Assembly: GCF_001598795.1 (NCBI RefSeq)
Contig: NZ_BCZP01000003.1
Location: 180,001 to 212,000 of the forward strand
Origin: Delftia acidovorans NBRC 14950
GTDB lineage: Bacteria; Pseudomonadota; Gammaproteobacteria; Burkholderiales; Burkholderiaceae_C
Length of the DNA stretch: 32,000 bases
Direction of reading: 5' to 3'
The notes beneath the pieces are model-generated. The model searched no databases, was not told the DNA's origin, and worked only from the letters and a program-made list of their open reading frames with translations. The position numbers and the translations under genes were made by a program. Of the stretch, positions 26,943-32,000 are shown piece after piece. How positions within the stretch are numbered: the first letter of the stretch is position 1; each line of letters opens with the position of its first letter.

Positions 26943-27734
26943 TCACCCCAACATTTGAGAGACAGCCCTTTGCGTCTGCACGCTGATCAATTGCGCCCGG
27001 TAGCGCGCGCTGGCATGCAGGTCGCTGTTGAGGTCGGCATGGTCGATCAGCACCTGGGCAGCCGCGTCGGGCGTGAAGCTCTGGTTGAGCGCGGCCTCCA
27101 GCCCCGCATGGCGGAACACGCTGAGCCCGGCGCCCGTGATGGCCACGCGCACGCCGCCGTCGGTCTGGGCGACGAAGACGCCCACCAGGGCGAAGCGCGA
27201 GGCGGGCTGCTTGAACTTGAGGTAGGCGGCCTTCTTCGGCACGGGAAAGCGCACGGCCGTGATCAGCTCGCCGCTGCCCAGCGCCGTGGTGTACATGCCC
27301 TGGAAGAAGTCGTCGGCCGCGATCTCGCGCCGGTCGGTGACGACGGTGGCGCCCAGGCCCAGCACGGCGCTGGGGTAGCAGGCAGCGGGGTCGTTGTTGG
27401 CCAGCGAGCCGCCGATGGTGCCGCGCGCACGCACCTGGCGGTCGCCGATGCCGCCGGCCAGCTCGGCCAGGGCCGGGATGGCGGCCTGGACCTGCGGGTT
27501 GGCGGCCACGTCGGCATGGCGCGTCATGGCGCGGATTTCCACGGTCTGGCCGTTGACGGCGATGCCGGCCAGGCCCTGGACGCGGTTCAGGTCCACGATC
27601 TGTTCGGGCCGCGCCAGGCGCAGGCGCATCGATGGCAGCAGACTTTGCCCGCCGGCCAGGTACTGGCCGCCCTGCGCGGCCAGCGCGGCGGCGTCGGCCG
27701 TGGTGCCCGGGGCTTCATAGGTGAATGCGTACAT
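26943..27734 (-). CDS. coxM: Molybdo-flavoenzyme medium (FAD-binding) subunit, CoxM-like
   Basis: MYAFTYEAPGT...YLAGGQSLLPSMRLR...GTIGGSLANNDPAACYP. GGAGAG precedes the ATG at 27734. The 38 extra N-terminal codons in the track ORF overlap coxL and are rejected. Confidence 0.9.
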   Translation of the reverse strand: MYAFTYEAPGTTADAAALAAQGGQYLAGGQSLLPSMRLRLARPEQIVDLNRVQGLAGIAVNGQTVEIRAMTRHADVAANPQVQAAIPALAELAGGIGDRQVRARGTIGGSLANNDPAACYPSAVLGLGATVVTDRREIAADDFFQGMYTTALGSGELITAVRFPVPKKAAYLKFKQPASRFALVGVFVAQTDGGVRVAITGAGLSVFRHAGLEAALNQSFTPDAAAQVLIDHADLNSDLHASARYRAQLISVQTQRAVSQMLG

Positions 27735-27744
27735 GGCGCTCTCC

Positions 27745-30135
<2,391 letters not shown>

Positions 30136-30164
30136 GGCTGTCTCCTTGTGGTGACCTGCGGCGC

Positions 30165-30641
<477 letters not shown>

Positions 30642-30909
30642 CGTGCTGTCTCCTGCCTGTGATCGGCGGTGATCTGGAACGTGGGGGAACGCCGGGAACC
30701 TCGCCTGCCATGGTCGCCCTGCCCGCAGGCGCCCGTTCTAGGGTTGACCCGCAAGCCCGGGCCGGGCGGCGCGGATATTCTCAAAATGACACAGTCGTCA
30801 CCGCAGCCGCAGCCCGCACCGCTTGCGCCTGCGCGCCCCGGCTTCGACCGTGCCCGCCTGCCAGCCCGTTCGCAATCCCTTGCCAGCCAGCCACAGGAGT
30901 TCCCGCCCC

Positions 30910-32000
30910 ATGTTCGCCCTGAGCCCCGACGCCGCGCAGCCCTGCCCCGCCGATCCGCGCCACCAGCAGGTCGCCCGGGCCCGCAGCCTGGTTTTCGGCG
31001 ATCAGGCGCTGGCCGGTTCACCGCCCGGCATCGCACCCTGGCTGTGGCGCTCCTGGCAGCGCTGCCTGGCGGCAGGCCGCCGCCCGGACGAGCGCGTGGT
31101 CTACGAAGCATTGGGGCCGCATGCGCTGCGCCAGACCCGTGATGGCCATGAGATGCTGCTGCAGGCCGCTCGCCCCGTGATGGCCCAGCTGGTGGGCGCG
31201 GTGGGCGCCATGCACTACTTCAGCCTCCTGACCGATGCACGCGGCACGGTGCTGGAGGTGCAGGGGCCGCTGGAGCGCAGCGACATCCGCGTGCAGGCCA
31301 TTGCCCGCGTGGGCGTGGACCTGTCCGAGCAGGGCGTGGGCACCACGGCCATTGGCGCGGCCCTGGCCGAGCACAGCCCCGTCTGGCTGCACCGGGCCGA
31401 GCATTTCTTCGAGGCCAACCGCCACTACAGCTGCGCGGGTGCGCCGCTGTCCGGCCCGGACGGGAGCTGCCTGGGCATGCTGGACATCACGGGCGTGGAT
31501 GTGCCGGAGCGGCCCGAACTCATGCACCTGGCGCTGCGCTGTGCCCGCGCCATCGAGGACCGGCTGCTGCGCGCCCTGCCCCATGCCCTGCTGCTGCACC
31601 TGAACTGGCCCGGCGGGCCGCTGGGCCAGGAGGGCGAAGGCCTGCTGGCCGTGGACGCCGAAGGGCATGTGGCGGGCAGCAATACCCTGGCCCGCCAGCT
31701 CGTGCCCCAGCCGCTATCGCTGCCGGGCCAGCCGCTGCACTGCAGCGAACTGCTGGCCATGCCCTGGACGGCGCTGGTGGACCATGCACGCCAGCGCCCC
31801 AACGAGCCGCTGCGCCTGCCGCTGTGGTCGGGCCTGCGGCTGCAGGCCCTGGTGCAGCCCGGCCCCCAGCTGCGCCAGCTGCTGCCCGCGCTGGGCACGG
31901 CAGCGCTGGCCACAGCCGCCCAGCCCAGCCCGCTGCGCGCCAGCGAGGGCGTGCTGATCGAGCAGGCACTGCAGGACGCCCAGGGCAATGTGACCCGGGC
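30910..32000 (+). CDS. GAF-domain / Fis-type HTH transcriptional regulator (AcoR-like N-terminus with no AAA+ module visible); 3' end outside the window
   Basis: This open frame has no stop before the window edge, so it is absent from the ORF track. AGGAG lies 10 nt before the ATG at 30910. Translation: MFALSPDAA...YFSLLTDARGTVLEV...GVGTTAIGAAL...CAGAPL..PDGSCLGMLDITG (GAF/AcoR-type), ending LIEQALQDAQGNVTR (start of a Fis-type HTH). It is divergent from coxS. Confidence 0.75.
   Translation, partial: MFALSPDAAQPCPADPRHQQVARARSLVFGDQALAGSPPGIAPWLWRSWQRCLAAGRRPDERVVYEALGPHALRQTRDGHEMLLQAARPVMAQLVGAVGAMHYFSLLTDARGTVLEVQGPLERSDIRVQAIARVGVDLSEQGVGTTAIGAALAEHSPVWLHRAEHFFEANRHYSCAGAPLSGPDGSCLGMLDITGVDVPERPELMHLALRCARAIEDRLLRALPHALLLHLNWPGGPLGQEGEGLLAVDAEGHVAGSNTLARQLVPQPLSLPGQPLHCSELLAMPWTALVDHARQRPNEPLRLPLWSGLRLQALVQPGPQLRQLLPALGTAALATAAQPSPLRASEGVLIEQALQDAQGNVTR

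Noticed and set aside
30871-30887. A sigma54-like -24/-12 element on the minus strand (CTGGCAAGGGATTGCG) upstream of the cox operon.
   Set aside because: The GG-to-GC spacing is one nucleotide short of the canonical TGGCAC-N5-TTGC geometry. It lies about 230 nt from coxS, just in front of the regulator start codon. The adjacent regulator shows no AAA+ sigma54-activation module.

Overview
Very GC-rich (GC3-saturated) chromosomal window. Gene content and style fit a betaproteobacterium of the Burkholderiales/Comamonadaceae type, though the taxonomy is inference only. I support 25 protein genes. I found no rRNA, tRNA, CRISPR array, transposase, integrase, phage gene or recognisable defence gene. 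Left to right: mutS 3' end; an Anbu-like proteasome-type peptidase start/stop-overlapped with an alpha/beta hydrolase; uppP; psiF; a PepSY membrane protein plus TonB-dependent siderophore receptor with a Fur-like box; a small membrane protein, 2TM protein, LytS-type kinase and LytTR regulator; an orphan ABC-type ATPase divergent from a small acidic protein; a MdtABC/MuxABC-OpmB-type efflux operon with two RND pumps (minus strand, 21674 to 11850); an NTF2-like protein; a complete form-II coxSLM-DEG-xdhC molybdoenzyme cluster (minus strand, 30641 to 22479); and a divergent GAF/Fis-HTH regulator running off the right edge. I did not find a convincing new multi-gene system. The least-explained signals are non-coding. 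(1) A two-hairpin repeat family has 5 copies, all anchored at and co-oriented with the upstream stop codon, with compensatory stem changes; two copies supply the stop codon itself. (2) A 345-bp nested-palindrome insert separates the two RND pump genes. (3) Four GTAAA-type direct repeats lie at exact 11-bp spacing upstream of the efflux operon. Secondary candidates are the out-of-context Anbu-like peptidase with a long low-complexity tail and the orphan ABC ATPase / acidic protein pair. All product calls come from motif and family recognition by eye; no searches were run.
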